Below the pieces are notes generated by a model that worked only from the letters and a program-made list of their open reading frames with translations, was not told the origin of the DNA and ran no database searches. The position numbers were made by a program, and so were the translations under genes. Shown piece after piece: positions 38,744 through 49,745 of a DNA stretch of 64,000 nt. The stretch comes from Andalucia godoyi And28. Lineage: Eukaryota; Protista; Jakobida. Position 1 is the stretch's first letter; each line of letters begins with the position of its first letter. The stretch is from the NCBI GenBank assembly GCA_009859145.1, contig VRVR01000020.1, forward strand, positions 1 through 64,000. The letters run 5' to 3'.

Positions 38744-40681
38744 ATGAACAACAGTCTGAAATGCCCGTCTCCAAAAAAGGTTGATTTTTCACCCAACAAT
38801 CGAGGTTCTCCATCCTCTGCGTCCCCCATCTCTTCCGGTATCGGTACGTCAGCGAGACGACCGTTCGTACGATCGAAGCCTCCGCAATGCGAGAAATCGA
38901 AATGGAAGCCGTTTGAAGTGCGACCATTGGCATCCGCATCGTCTCCGACTCGAAAGTTCTCTGAAGGCTTTGACGAGGAAATCGACGGGCAATCAAGTCC
39001 AGCAACGGTCGAACTTGTCAACGGAGCGGTCCGCCCTATTCAGAAAGACGACGACCTTCGCTCGTACATTGCTCTGCTTTACGATATCGAGCTGGAAGAA
39101 GGGAAACGTGCAAATTTGGAACTATCTGCCAAGTACGCGGCGGAATCCGACCCTGAAATCCTACGTTCGCCAAAGTCAGAGGTTCCAAGATCGTCAAAGT
39201 CTCCACGGAATGCTATGATGCGAGAATTCATCGAATCGGCACAATCACCATCCTTGGAACCGTTTGTGGACACCGACACAATTGTGGTTCCTGTGGTGGA
39301 AAGTCCAAAGAAGCAGGATGCCAGAAAATCCCAAGTGCTAAGAGGATCGCCAGAGCAGCCATCGGCTCATGTGCCTTTTGCCCCGTTCGATGCGCCCATC
39401 AGTTTTCCAAAATCGATGCGGCTTGGCTCTCAAGTGCTGGATGATTCAGTCGGTCTGATCCCCCAAAGGCTGCCCACGGACATGTCCTTGGCGGTGGATG
39501 CAAGCATGCATGGAATTGACCGGTTCTCACTTTCTGTTGGGATACCGGTGGTTTTTGCTGTGCTCTTCCGAGCTGGGCTTTCTCTATCTCACATTCACGC
39601 GCATGATGAAGAAGGGGGGCTGTCCGTGACAGAAGCAAACTTGATAGAGTGGCTGTCCAAAGTATACTCGAGAAACTACCAGAACTGCGTCGTTGGGGCG
39701 TCGAGAATACGCATCGACCCGGTTCCCTGGAACGACTTTCTGCCCTGTGGCCTGTCGTCGTTTCAGTTCCGGCTTGATGGCCCACACGACCATCTTTTCC
39801 CGTACTTGTGCATTTTGCCAGTTGCATTCGTGTTTGGCAAGGAGCGCATGGACCTTGCTCTCGAAGGACCGTCGAACCGCGAAGGCTATCCCGTGCTGGA
39901 ACACTGTTTGGCTCTTATTCCGTACTTGTATCAGCTTGCAGGTGCGCAGATTCACATGATGCAGGAAAAGAGACCTGTGGTTCGAAACGGGAAGACCGTT
40001 GTTGTGATTCAGAGTCGCTCGCTAGTTAAGCATCTGAATCCGCTCGTCCTTGAAGATCGAGGAGACTGCGTGCATGTCAAAGTCCTCGGGCTCGTCGGTC
40101 ATCATGCGAGCCGGTCTACTGGACACATCTTGATTGACAGGCTCCGCGAATTGTTCAACGAGCGGTTCCGCAAGGTTCGAGACAATGTTCAGATCGAATG
40201 GGGCTCCGCTTGGGTGGCGACAGAGGGACTCTACTTTGGAATTTCCATCGAAATGACGACGTCGTCTGGCATGGTCGTCCGTTCCTCACAGTTTCGAAAC
40301 GCAAAGGGTTTCCAGTCGCCGTCACAGATGGCCGAGGATGCGTTCCTCTTGCTCGACCGCTTTCTGAAAGTTCCCTATTGTGTCGAAAACCAAGCCCTGG
40401 GCCCGTGTCTTGTCATTATGGCGCTCGCCAAAGGAAAGTCTCGCGTCCGAACGGAGTATCCCCTCTCTCAGCAGTCCGTTGGCGTAATATCGTATCTTGA
40501 ATGTGTGACTGGTGTTCATTTCTCCGTCACCCGCTCTCCTCCGCTTCCCCAGGGCCACCCTCGACACACGGATGCGAAACTCCAGCATGTGCGTCTGCTG
40601 TGGGAAGACACGGTGCTTGTCGAATGTGAAGGATGCGGCTTTGAAAATCCATTCAGCGCCTCGCTGCCCTCTTCTTCATAG
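38744..40681 (+). CDS. Divergent RNA 3'-terminal phosphate cyclase (RtcA/Rcl1)-fold protein with low-complexity N-terminal extension
   Basis: LALEGPSN..YP......IPYL...G and C-terminal IMALAKGKSRVRT...HFSV...VECEGCG parallel RtcA FMALANGVSRIKT...KFIV...IECQGIG. Confidence 0.65.
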   Translation: MNNSLKCPSPKKVDFSPNNRGSPSSASPISSGIGTSARRPFVRSKPPQCEKSKWKPFEVRPLASASSPTRKFSEGFDEEIDGQSSPATVELVNGAVRPIQKDDDLRSYIALLYDIELEEGKRANLELSAKYAAESDPEILRSPKSEVPRSSKSPRNAMMREFIESAQSPSLEPFVDTDTIVVPVVESPKKQDARKSQVLRGSPEQPSAHVPFAPFDAPISFPKSMRLGSQVLDDSVGLIPQRLPTDMSLAVDASMHGIDRFSLSVGIPVVFAVLFRAGLSLSHIHAHDEEGGLSVTEANLIEWLSKVYSRNYQNCVVGASRIRIDPVPWNDFLPCGLSSFQFRLDGPHDHLFPYLCILPVAFVFGKERMDLALEGPSNREGYPVLEHCLALIPYLYQLAGAQIHMMQEKRPVVRNGKTVVVIQSRSLVKHLNPLVLEDRGDCVHVKVLGLVGHHASRSTGHILIDRLRELFNERFRKVRDNVQIEWGSAWVATEGLYFGISIEMTTSSGMVVRSSQFRNAKGFQSPSQMAEDAFLLLDRFLKVPYCVENQALGPCLVIMALAKGKSRVRTEYPLSQQSVGVISYLECVTGVHFSVTRSPPLPQGHPRHTDAKLQHVRLLWEDTVLVECEGCGFENPFSASLPSSS

Positions 40682-40712
40682 TCACGGACAAAGACGGAGT
40701 TGAAAGGGAAGG

Positions 40713-40769
40713 GGGAATCATATGGGTGGCTGGGAATCATATGGGTGGCTGGGAATCATCTGGGTGGCT
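40713..40769. repeat. Three tandem copies of a 19-bp unit
   Basis: GGGAATCATATGGGTGGCT x3, the third with one mismatch. Confidence 0.9.
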
Positions 40770-40882
40770 TGGGATCAAAGATGCATGCACACTTCTCCTC
40801 GTCCTCATCCTTCTCCTTCTCCTCCTGCTGTTGATACTCTGTTCTGTTTATTGCAAATAGTTCTGCAAAACAAGCTGGCTGC

Positions 40883-41714
40883 TCACTTTGCAACGCGATC
40901 CGCAGCTCGCAGCGCGTCCCTTGCCTTTGCAATCATGTCCTGCAGTTCTTCTCGCGACGCTTCGAACTGGATGATTTCTCCATTCTCCGTTTGAAGTCCA
41001 ACGGTGAAAACGGGGTGCGTTGCATGCTCCACATTCGAGGACTTTACGACCCATTCCAGTCTCCAGCTGACATCATGAACTACGGGGCATACGCTTGTTC
41101 GCGACTCCATTTGCTGAGCTGTTTCATGCAAGCTCTTTAACCGCGCCGTGTACAGCGACTCGGCATGTTTCAACGCCGCAGAAGGCGCCGATGCATCTTG
41201 CAAAACGTATCTACACAAAAAACGCAACACAAACACAGCAAACACCCAATCAGTAAACACACAACGGCTTTTTTTTTTTCCATGTGTCTATTTGGACAGC
41301 CTCAATGCGAAATGGCGAATACAAAAAGAAAACATACGAAAATTCAAGCGAACTTTGTGATTTACGGACAGACTCGCGCAGAATCTCAGAAAATGCAATG
41401 CACGACTCGGAAACTGTTTGCACATGTGCACATACCACAAAAAGAAAAAAGCACCACTGATTAGAAATTCCGTCTCACTCTTTGCCGCCGCATACCTAGT
41501 TCTGCAACAGCAAGACTAATGGGGAAGGAAACCGAGGAAGGGAAAAAATAAAGGAAATTTGCATACTATTGTTATTGTTGCTGTTGTTGCTGTTGTTGCT
41601 GTTGTTGCTGTTGCAAAGATCAAACGGTGCACAACCATATGAATCGAATGCAATGTCAATGTCTGTTTTTGAAAGATTGGACAAACGACCTTTTAAAGAT
41701 CCAGGCGCTTCCAT
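40883..41714 (-). CDS. COMMD3: COMM-domain protein 3, spliced (exons 41567-41714, possibly 41496-41501, 41338-41413, 40883-41210)
   Basis: C-terminal COMM domain PVVHDVSWRLEWVVKSSNVEHATHPVFTVGL...IQFEASREELQDMIAKARDA. GTATGY donors and YAG acceptors join in frame. Confidence 0.8.
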
Positions 41715-41954
41715 TCTTCTGTCTCACCCTCTCCCTCTCTCTCTCTCTCTCTCTCTTTAATTTTTTATTTTTGATCTTTTTGCATCTGTGTTGGCATATC
41801 TATCGATCTCGTCGACCGGTGGATTGGATCGATCGGGTTTTGTGGGCTCTGCATTGGTTTCCCTTCGTAGGGGCTAGCTACAGTCGGCTGGCAGCCGTCG
41901 AGTGGTCCTCAAGTGCCTCGAACATGTGGACTCGAAACGAACCCATACGGACGA

Positions 41955-42665
41955 ACGCCTACACTTATACACTGACATGCATATTCAATCTTGCATCTCG
42001 TTGCCGCGAAGGGGATAGGCCCAACACGCCTCACGGCGTTCTTCAGATAAATGTTCCGCGCTCCGTTCCCAATCTCGATCAATCGGTGAGCTACACACGG
42101 GGCATGCAAAACACTTTTTTGCTTCCACCTCGACGTGCATGGATCTCACCGCAGCGCCCGCACATTTTGGACGTGCACTCCTCCGTCACTTTCTCAGCGT
42201 GACACGTTGTTTCTGAGAAGAGTGCATTTTGATTCCGACGGCCCTAGCTGCAGGCGCTTTTCGTGTCCTCAGTTGCAGCGATTGGTGCAACTGGAGATGC
42301 GAGAGGAAGAGGCGGTAGGCGTAGTGACACGTGGTCTCTTAGGAGGTCTGCGGGACCTAGGAGGCCGTGTATCGAGCGGCGTAGGCGTAGGCGAATGCGT
42401 CATCCCAGCGCACTCTCGCCCATATTTGAATAAAAAGAGTGAAACCAAAAAAAGTGAAACCAACGAATGATAGGATAGATGGCTACGGATGCTGCCTTAA
42501 AGAGTGTCGAAAAAACGGAGCGTGTGTCACCGGCTGAATTTTGGCCGAGCGTGCGTAAGCACGAATTCCCTGTGAAACAGACGTGCTAGTGTCGGCCAGT
42601 ATTGACCGTGTCTGTTTATGTACACTCCCCCGTATGCATGACAATGACGTGTTATCATTCATCGG
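41955..42665 (-). mobile_element. Fanzor/TnpB-derived element (copy 4, most complete): left end, N-terminal ORF stub, zinc-finger/RuvC-III remnant, putative omegaRNA, right end
   Basis: Minus strand 42190-42038 reads, with frameshifts, VTEECTSKMCGRCGEIHARRGGSKKVF / ACPVCSSPIDRD / NGARNIYLKN. Downstream hairpins ACGCC-GTGA-GGCGT and GGG-CCTAT-CCC. Ends in AGGCGT at 41955. Confidence 0.85.
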
Positions 42666-42736
42666 TCTGCGGGTTTGAGAACAGCGAGTGAAGGAGGAGA
42701 TTTTTAGGACTGGTGAGGGCGGTTGTGTGCAGGAGA

Positions 42737-43916
42737 ATGGAAACGCAGGTGGATGCATCGGAAGTGAGTCCGATTGACAATCTGGATGTGTTTGCGGTGC
42801 AATCGTGGTACGGGCAGTTTGCAGACGTGACGATCTCCACAGCATTTTTCGAGTGTGAAGACTCGTTTGTTGCGTATCTAGAAGAAGACGCGGCTGTTGT
42901 GGACAACCGGCTGTTTCACGAGTCCACAAAGAACAACGCTGTCGAAGACGCTCCGTACAGGAACACGCTCCGTGCGATCGAAGGCTTGCTCGATCAATTC
43001 GGAGGAAAGGCCTTTCTGAAGTGCTTATTTTCCGCACCAAAGGTATGCTCCGTTTTGACCTTTTTTTCTACTCCTTGCCTTTTCTGTTTCACTGTGTACT
43101 TTTTCCCGTTTCATTTTCTCATTTCTTATATCACCACCACAACAACAAAACAACCACAAAAATTATGTATATGCAAAGGATGCGACATGGGTGATGCCGA
43201 CACATTCGCTTCAATGTACATCGCTCACGGACGTGCTGCTTTTGCTGAAGTCGTCGTATGCAGTGTCTTTTGATCTGATCGAAACAGAAAAGTTCTGTGA
43301 TGGTCTGTTTTCGCATATCAACAGAAACCTCTTCGCGGTCCGGAAGTTTGATTCGCGGCTGGCAACGGCCACCGAGTTCCGCGTGTTTGTCCGCGATAAC
43401 GTGGTGCTGGGTGTGTCACAACGGCATTGTGATGAGCGGTATGATGTGCTACAAGACCCTGCATTTCGATCGAATGTGCTCGATGCTATTGACAGGTTCT
43501 TCGAGGAGCGTGTCAGAGACCGTTTTCCAGCTTCTTCGTTTGCTATGGACATATCGTATCGGCCGCAATCCAACCAAGTGGTGCTCGTCGACTTCTCGCC
43601 GTTCCATCCCATCACAAATCCACTCTTGTTTTCATGGGACCGTCTCGAGACTGCGCCGCTACGTGGACGCGGAGTCTTGTCGCACTCGTCACAAACCATA
43701 GACTTCCGGTTCATTGGGCCGAATGACGCTCCCATGAACATGTCCGCCACGTTCTTTGCGGGGGTCCCTGCAGACCTTACGACTCTTTCCAACAACGCCG
43801 AGGATGCAATCCGACGGCTGGCAGACGAGTACAAACGCATGGACGAGGAGCTTAGCGAAGGACGCACGTCCAAATCCAGCACCCGGAATGACAGCGACGA
43901 AGAATGCGAGTCATAA
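42737..43916 (+). CDS. CDC123: Cell division cycle protein 123 (D123, ATP-grasp), 2 exons (42737-43042, 43179-43916)
   Basis: Splicing GTATGC...AAG gives FSAPKDATWV...SLQCTSLTDVLLLLKSS; also EFRVFVRDN.VLGVSQRH and LVDFSPF...T.PLLFSW. Confidence 0.92.
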
Positions 43917-44273
43917 TACCGCAATGCCCTGCAATGATAGAGATTGTGCGTACAGCGTGCGTTTACTGTTCGGAGCGTCTGCTGCTCGTGATGTGACTGA
44001 AAATTCCGATAAGACACGGTAGTCATGCTCATGGCCCCATCTTCGTGTGGTCTATGCTCTGTGGTAAAGAGAGAGAGAGAGAGAGTCTTTTGTAGGTTAT
44101 TTCATCAGAAACAGGTCATTTCAATTTTATTTTTATTCATTTTATTGAATCTATTGTTTAATTCATGGATTAAAATTATATATTTTAAAAGAAAGAAGGA
44201 AAAAAGGAAAAAAGAGCAGAAGGGCAGAAGGGCAGAAGAAAGAGACTGGCTTGAAGATCGAACCTCCTGATTT

Positions 44274-45815
44274 ATGCAAAGTATGGACTCATGGTCACCA
44301 GTTGCGCTGACGGCGATTCAAGCCTCGCTTTTCGGAGTTCGGATCGTATGGTTCATGTGCGGCTGGGTAAAACTGCGAACACTAGGCAAGATAGCAGGAA
44401 CGTCGTTGTCACAATCGTACGAGCAATTCTTTCGATCTGAAGTGAACCGTGGGGAATTCGGCGCCATCGAGATGGAAAGCCGAAACCAGAACAGATCCAA
44501 ACTGGCGGGCGCACTGACGCGAACTCAGGATGTCGATTACTCCAGTTATAGCTCGTTGTTTCAAAAGACGAACCCTGCGTTCCGAAGCCTCAGAATCTTT
44601 TGCTTCCTGGGATTCCTGCCAGTTCCAACGGCGCACCCCTCGTTTGACAGGTTCCACGTCCTTTGGGGAAAATTCTGTTTGCTGTACGGTGCCGCCGCAG
44701 ATGCGGCAACCGAGCTCATATTGTACGCTGAATTCCCGTCCTCAAATAACATTGTTCCTGCTGGAGACTCCCAGCTGGCATGGCTCCTCTCTGGGGCATT
44801 TATTCTGTACGAAGCATTGCTGTGCTACACATGCATCTCGGCGTTTACGATCTGCAGGAACGGCACGTTTCTCTGCATTTTAGGACGGTTCCGCGAAGGC
44901 CAAATCGTGGACCAATCCACCTTGGATGAAGTCTCTGCGGCGCGGCACAAGAGTGTTCGGAACGCACTTTCCACGCTCATCAGTGTGCTGTTCGCGAGTG
45001 TGCTGCTGACAAGCGTTGTGCTGCTTGCGGACACGATAACGGGCAAGACGTTGCCGTACTTGTTCTTCTTCGCTGCAAACTCACTCATGTTTGTGAGCAT
45101 TGCGTTCGGGGTTATCTCGCTTCTGGTGATGCTCCCAACCGCAATTTCTGCAGAGGCCCTTTGTTTCAAGAACGTCCTCGAACAGTGTTTTGAGGAAACG
45201 CAAAGACTTTCATCAAAGAGGATCCACACCGAGGAAGCATCACTCTCCGTGAATCACATTAGCATCGAAATCAACCCGGTTTTCAAGCACAAGCATCGCC
45301 ACAATTTCAAACCTTCCTCTGCAAAGCTCGCGACCATCGGCGGCGCTGATCTGACTGCCGTGTACCACTCGTATTGTGAACTCGTTTACAAGGTCCGATT
45401 CGCCTCGCAGCGGCTTTCTGCTGCTGTGTTTTGTACGATTCCCGGAGCGCTCTTCTTCCTGATTCGAGCGCTTCTGTTCTACACGGCAGCCACCAGCATC
45501 AACACTGGAATCGTTGCTCGGCTTGTGTACTCCACCTTTGTAGGAGTGTTCCCCTGGGTGTTGATTCTCGGGGTGTACTGCATGATTTCCGTTGAAATGC
45601 AACCATTGCGGTCCACGATTATTCGGTCTCTCACACAGTTTGGACTGACCGTCAACGACGAGCGTGCCGAAGAAACTATCGGTGTCGCAATCGAGACATG
45701 TAGCCATTTGCCGACCTACTTTGTTCTCGCTGGTGTTCCTCTGACGGAAGACGCGTTTGTCAAGATGTGCACCGCAGTCATTTCCCTCGTCACTGCCTTC
45801 ATCGCTTTCAGATAG
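44274..45815 (+). CDS. Gustatory-receptor-like seven-TM ion channel (GRL/7TMIC) candidate
   Basis: Re-entrant-type LRIFCFLGFLP, seven hydrophobic segments, long loop between TM4 and TM5 ending LTAVYHSYCELVYKVRFASQRLS, and a split terminal TM7 FVLAGVPLTEDAFVKMCTAVISLVTAFIAF with no C-terminal tail. Confidence 0.65.
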   Translation: MQSMDSWSPVALTAIQASLFGVRIVWFMCGWVKLRTLGKIAGTSLSQSYEQFFRSEVNRGEFGAIEMESRNQNRSKLAGALTRTQDVDYSSYSSLFQKTNPAFRSLRIFCFLGFLPVPTAHPSFDRFHVLWGKFCLLYGAAADAATELILYAEFPSSNNIVPAGDSQLAWLLSGAFILYEALLCYTCISAFTICRNGTFLCILGRFREGQIVDQSTLDEVSAARHKSVRNALSTLISVLFASVLLTSVVLLADTITGKTLPYLFFFAANSLMFVSIAFGVISLLVMLPTAISAEALCFKNVLEQCFEETQRLSSKRIHTEEASLSVNHISIEINPVFKHKHRHNFKPSSAKLATIGGADLTAVYHSYCELVYKVRFASQRLSAAVFCTIPGALFFLIRALLFYTAATSINTGIVARLVYSTFVGVFPWVLILGVYCMISVEMQPLRSTIIRSLTQFGLTVNDERAEETIGVAIETCSHLPTYFVLAGVPLTEDAFVKMCTAVISLVTAFIAFR

Positions 45816-46519
45816 CCATGCGCGGTGTAGTGCAGAACCCAGCACCGTGCTACACTCCCACTCGATACATTTTTTAAAATGGAAAATATTGATTTTATGA
45901 AAAATACATATTTACGCATACATTTATTTAATTATTTGTAATCTTGTCTTCTGTGGTGTAATTTCCGAGTTTTCTGGTGTTCTCAAGCCTGGAGAGATTT
46001 TTATTTGTTGACAGTCCATGTATTCCCAGTGCTGAATCCACATCCGTCTGGATGAGAGGGAAAGTGGACGAGTTCTACCTTGAACGCATTTCTGAATTTC
46101 AACACCCCACTTTGAAGTCTTGTGCTTTGGCACTCTCATGACTCAGCGGCACAGGCCACTCGTCGAACAAGGTCCTCAGCCAAGCCCGGATGGGAGAGCA
46201 ACAACGCCTCCTTCTGGATCTGCAAGATCCTGTATTTAATTTTTAAAAAAATTGTGCACAGAAGATTGGTCAACTTGCGTAGCCTTTCTCGACTCTCCTT
46301 CAAGTGCTTGTGCCCCAAGCGCTCGTCTTCCCAATCAATAAGAATACGTCGATTGCTTCTGAAAGCAATATATATCATGTAGTTTTTTTTAAATTTGTTG
46401 TTGCTGTTGTCGTTTTTCATTTCATTTTATTTTTTTGAGGATTTTATATACAGTATACAGTATTGCGATTTTGCGTGGATAGTGTTTTTCTACGACAACA
46501 GACGTGCAAACACTGACGA

Positions 46520-49465
46520 ATGAACACACAAACGATTTTGGACCATCAATTGATAGTCCGGGTCTTCAAAGCCTCCCACCGACCTGAGGAGCTCGGCGCG
46601 GTTCCTGGAACAACGATGCCAGCGACAACGACGCCGCTGCTTCTTGAGCCGCTGACGGTGTTTCAAGTGTCGGATGTGCCGTACCTGACTCCCGCGGTTT
46701 GCGAGGATCTGGTGCTGTTCATGATCCAGAGATTCCCAGATGCAAAAAAAGAAGACGCCATCGACTATTTGTGCGGATGCTTTCATCGAACCCTCAAAGA
46801 GCTGAATCTCATATCTGATAAGCAGCAGGCTCGGAAACAGAGACTTGTCGACGAAGTACTGGGTGTGATCGTGCGATACTTTTCCAACATGATTGCGTTT
46901 CCGGAGCTCTTCTTCCAAAACCCAGAAGAAGGCGGGTGGAAGGCGCAGCAGAGAGCGGCGGCGCTGCTCGTCAAGTCTGATCTGGATGCGGAAGATGTAC
47001 TGAGCGCCCAGATGCTACATCAGTTGGTGAAGAGTCTGGATGATGAGGCGCAGGTCAAGGCTGTCATTGAGCCAATTACGTCGCGATTGGCGTTTTTGTG
47101 CCAGTCTTCGCAGTTCGATGAGTGTCTTGGACTTTTTTCGGCAATCGGAAGACTGATGTCCGTTCCGGAAATCCTGAAAATCGTGGTGAGCCACCCAAGG
47201 TTCTACCAGCCACTGACTCCCAGCAATGGTGCTGCGCTTCAGAAGCAAACCATATTGGGATGTTTCTTGGCTTTGAGCCCCATTGGAGACAAGAAGCTTA
47301 CGGTTTTTGAAAATGCAAAGGAGCGAGACCAAATGTCCCTGCATGACTGCATGGTTTCGCTGCAAAAAGCGATCCAGGCTGTATTTCAATCGCTGTATTC
47401 CATGTTTAATGCTCTGATTACAAAGCAGGAATTCCGCAAGAACACGCTGTCTTTCTTTTTCGATGCAATCCAGGCAAACGCAGCCCGTGCCATGGAGCAA
47501 CCAGACGCGAACGTCATTTCGTCGGACGGGTTTATGATCAATCTTAGCTCAGTGCTGCTCAAGTATGCCGAGCCGTTTTTGGATGCAACGGGGACCAATG
47601 CAGACAAGATGAAGCGATGGGCGCTGATGGACGGTCGATATGTCTTGTCCGCGTTCCCAGAACACAGTCGAATCGACTGGAGAAATGACACGAGAATGTG
47701 GGCATCGACCCACGGAATGTCTCCTACGGACATCGAAGCCAAGGCATATGGAACACTGGACCCGTCTGTGTACCAGTGGAAGTTCATTACCGAATGCTTC
47801 TTTCTCACGTACCGCGCCTTGCATTTGGGGCCCATCGCGGTGATTGACAAGTACGAGCAGCGGGAACGTATGATTCAGCATCTGGAACGAGAACAAAAGA
47901 AGATGGAAGAACAAATCTCGCAAATGGGTCCAGCGATGGCTTCGCAGCCAGCCGTGCGGCAGCGATACGAGGAGGCTAGACGACGCATTAAGGCGATGAT
48001 TGATGCGGAATGGTCCACAAAATTTTGCATTGATTCGACAATGTTTGAGAAAGGTTTGGTCCTCTCCACAGTGGAGTTTTACGCTGTTTCTGCTCGCTGG
48101 TTGTTGGGAATTTACGAGCAGAATATCGAGGTGTGGGAGCTTCTTCCGGAGCATTTGTTTGAGGACATCTGCAATTACCTTGCTTTTGTTGGAAAGCGAG
48201 CTGCGTTCCTGTTGCAGGACGCCGTGCTGGCTCTAGACCCTATCCTTGCTCTGTTTGTGAAGGTAGGGGAAGACCCGAAGAATCGTGTGAAGAACCCATT
48301 CCTGCGTGCCAAAGTCGCAGACGCTGTCCAGGCATTTGTGAACATTCCGCGCACGGGATCCGATGCTCTCTGGGAAAGATTCAAAGGGAATGCGAAAGAA
48401 ACCATTTTTGCATTGCTGAAGCTGTATCATGATTGCGAGCGAACAAATACGAGAAGCCAGTTTTATGACAAGTTCAGTTTCCGGCACTCGATTTCAATGG
48501 TGCTCGAACATTTGTGGGAAATTCCTGAATACCGCTCTGCCTACATCTCGGTGTCCCACATGTCCCTCTTTACTCCGTTCGTCCACGCCCTTGTCTCGGA
48601 TATGGAGTTCACGCTGGACGAGTCGCTGCACAGTCTTCATAGACTCCACGATCATCAGAATAAGATTCGATCATTGGAACAGTCTGCACAGTCGCCCTCG
48701 CAATCCAGGCATCGGGCATCTGCAAACACGCAGGCAAACAATGCAGAGTCGGCGGCGGGGTCGGGGTCGGGGTCGAACGAGGGTGTTGCGGAAGACCAGA
48801 CCGAGGTCAATGAAGAGACGCTGCGTAGCCAGATTGCGTCTTGGATGCGACTGGCGAATGACAATGTGCACTTGATGAACTATCTCTCCGAAGCGTCTCC
48901 TGGAGCATTTTTGACAGAAGAGATGATTGATCGGATTGCGTCGCTGCTGAATTACTTTTTGAACAGGCTCGTCGGCGACGAATGCTCCCGCCTTCGTGTG
49001 TCGGACATGGAATCGTTGCACTTCAAACCTAGACAGTTGCTGAACGAGCTGGTGGATTGTTTCATGCATTTTGCCCAGATTCCCAGCTTCCTTGAAGCCG
49101 TTGTTCGAGATGGCCGTTCGTACAAATGGTCGAACTTCAACCGGGCATCGCAGATTCTCAGCAGGCCCGAAATGGCATCGTTTGCAGAACGATTGCAAAA
49201 AGTCGAGAATGCGTCAAAAGTGGATGAGGAAGAAATTGCAGATGCGCCGGATGAGTTCTTGGATCCCCTCCTGTACACCCTTATGAGAGATCCAGTCAAA
49301 CTGCCGTCTGGCCACGCTGTTGATCGCACATCCATTCTCCGTCACATGCTGTCGGATCCCACAGACCCGTTCTCCCGAGCACCAATTACTCCTGAAATGC
49401 TAGTCCCAGACGTGGAACTGAAGGCGCAGATTGATAGTTGGTTGAAATCTAGAAAAGGATCCTAG
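46520..49465 (+). CDS. UFD2: Ubiquitin conjugation factor E4 (Ufd2/UBE4) with C-terminal U-box
   Basis: [36 protein letters not shown] and U-box [44 protein letters not shown]. Confidence 0.95.
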   Translation: MNTQTILDHQLIVRVFKASHRPEELGAVPGTTMPATTTPLLLEPLTVFQVSDVPYLTPAVCEDLVLFMIQRFPDAKKEDAIDYLCGCFHRTLKELNLISDKQQARKQRLVDEVLGVIVRYFSNMIAFPELFFQNPEEGGWKAQQRAAALLVKSDLDAEDVLSAQMLHQLVKSLDDEAQVKAVIEPITSRLAFLCQSSQFDECLGLFSAIGRLMSVPEILKIVVSHPRFYQPLTPSNGAALQKQTILGCFLALSPIGDKKLTVFENAKERDQMSLHDCMVSLQKAIQAVFQSLYSMFNALITKQEFRKNTLSFFFDAIQANAARAMEQPDANVISSDGFMINLSSVLLKYAEPFLDATGTNADKMKRWALMDGRYVLSAFPEHSRIDWRNDTRMWASTHGMSPTDIEAKAYGTLDPSVYQWKFITECFFLTYRALHLGPIAVIDKYEQRERMIQHLEREQKKMEEQISQMGPAMASQPAVRQRYEEARRRIKAMIDAEWSTKFCIDSTMFEKGLVLSTVEFYAVSARWLLGIYEQNIEVWELLPEHLFEDICNYLAFVGKRAAFLLQDAVLALDPILALFVKVGEDPKNRVKNPFLRAKVADAVQAFVNIPRTGSDALWERFKGNAKETIFALLKLYHDCERTNTRSQFYDKFSFRHSISMVLEHLWEIPEYRSAYISVSHMSLFTPFVHALVSDMEFTLDESLHSLHRLHDHQNKIRSLEQSAQSPSQSRHRASANTQANNAESAAGSGSGSNEGVAEDQTEVNEETLRSQIASWMRLANDNVHLMNYLSEASPGAFLTEEMIDRIASLLNYFLNRLVGDECSRLRVSDMESLHFKPRQLLNELVDCFMHFAQIPSFLEAVVRDGRSYKWSNFNRASQILSRPEMASFAERLQKVENASKVDEEEIADAPDEFLDPLLYTLMRDPVKLPSGHAVDRTSILRHMLSDPTDPFSRAPITPEMLVPDVELKAQIDSWLKSRKGS

Positions 49466-49745
49466 TGCATGCGACGATGAGTCTCTCGATCTGTGTTCTG
49501 TTTTCTCCAATGCCGGTGGTTTTCGTTTCCATCCCCCTTTGTTTGTTGGCGTACTAAGCCGTGTTGTATTCTCTCTCTCGCGCGCGCTCTCGTCGCTGCC
49601 CTCACTGAAAACGTAAAGTGCTGTTGCCTTGTTCAGTCATTTCGGAAATTGATGCTGTGGACTGCATCAGCAATTAAACGATTTTTAAAATTCGTGATTA
49701 TTTTTATTTGCTGTTAATTGTTTGTTTATTTCTCCTGCATTTGAT

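Noticed and set aside
40713-40769. 19-bp repeat as a mini CRISPR array
   Set aside because: Units are directly adjacent with no spacers, there are no cas genes, and the context is eukaryotic. No CRISPR array was found anywhere in the window.
46136-46138. In-frame TGA followed by ~44 more open codons as selenocysteine or readthrough
   Set aside because: No recognisable selenoprotein motif or SECIS, and the upstream ORF is itself unsupported.
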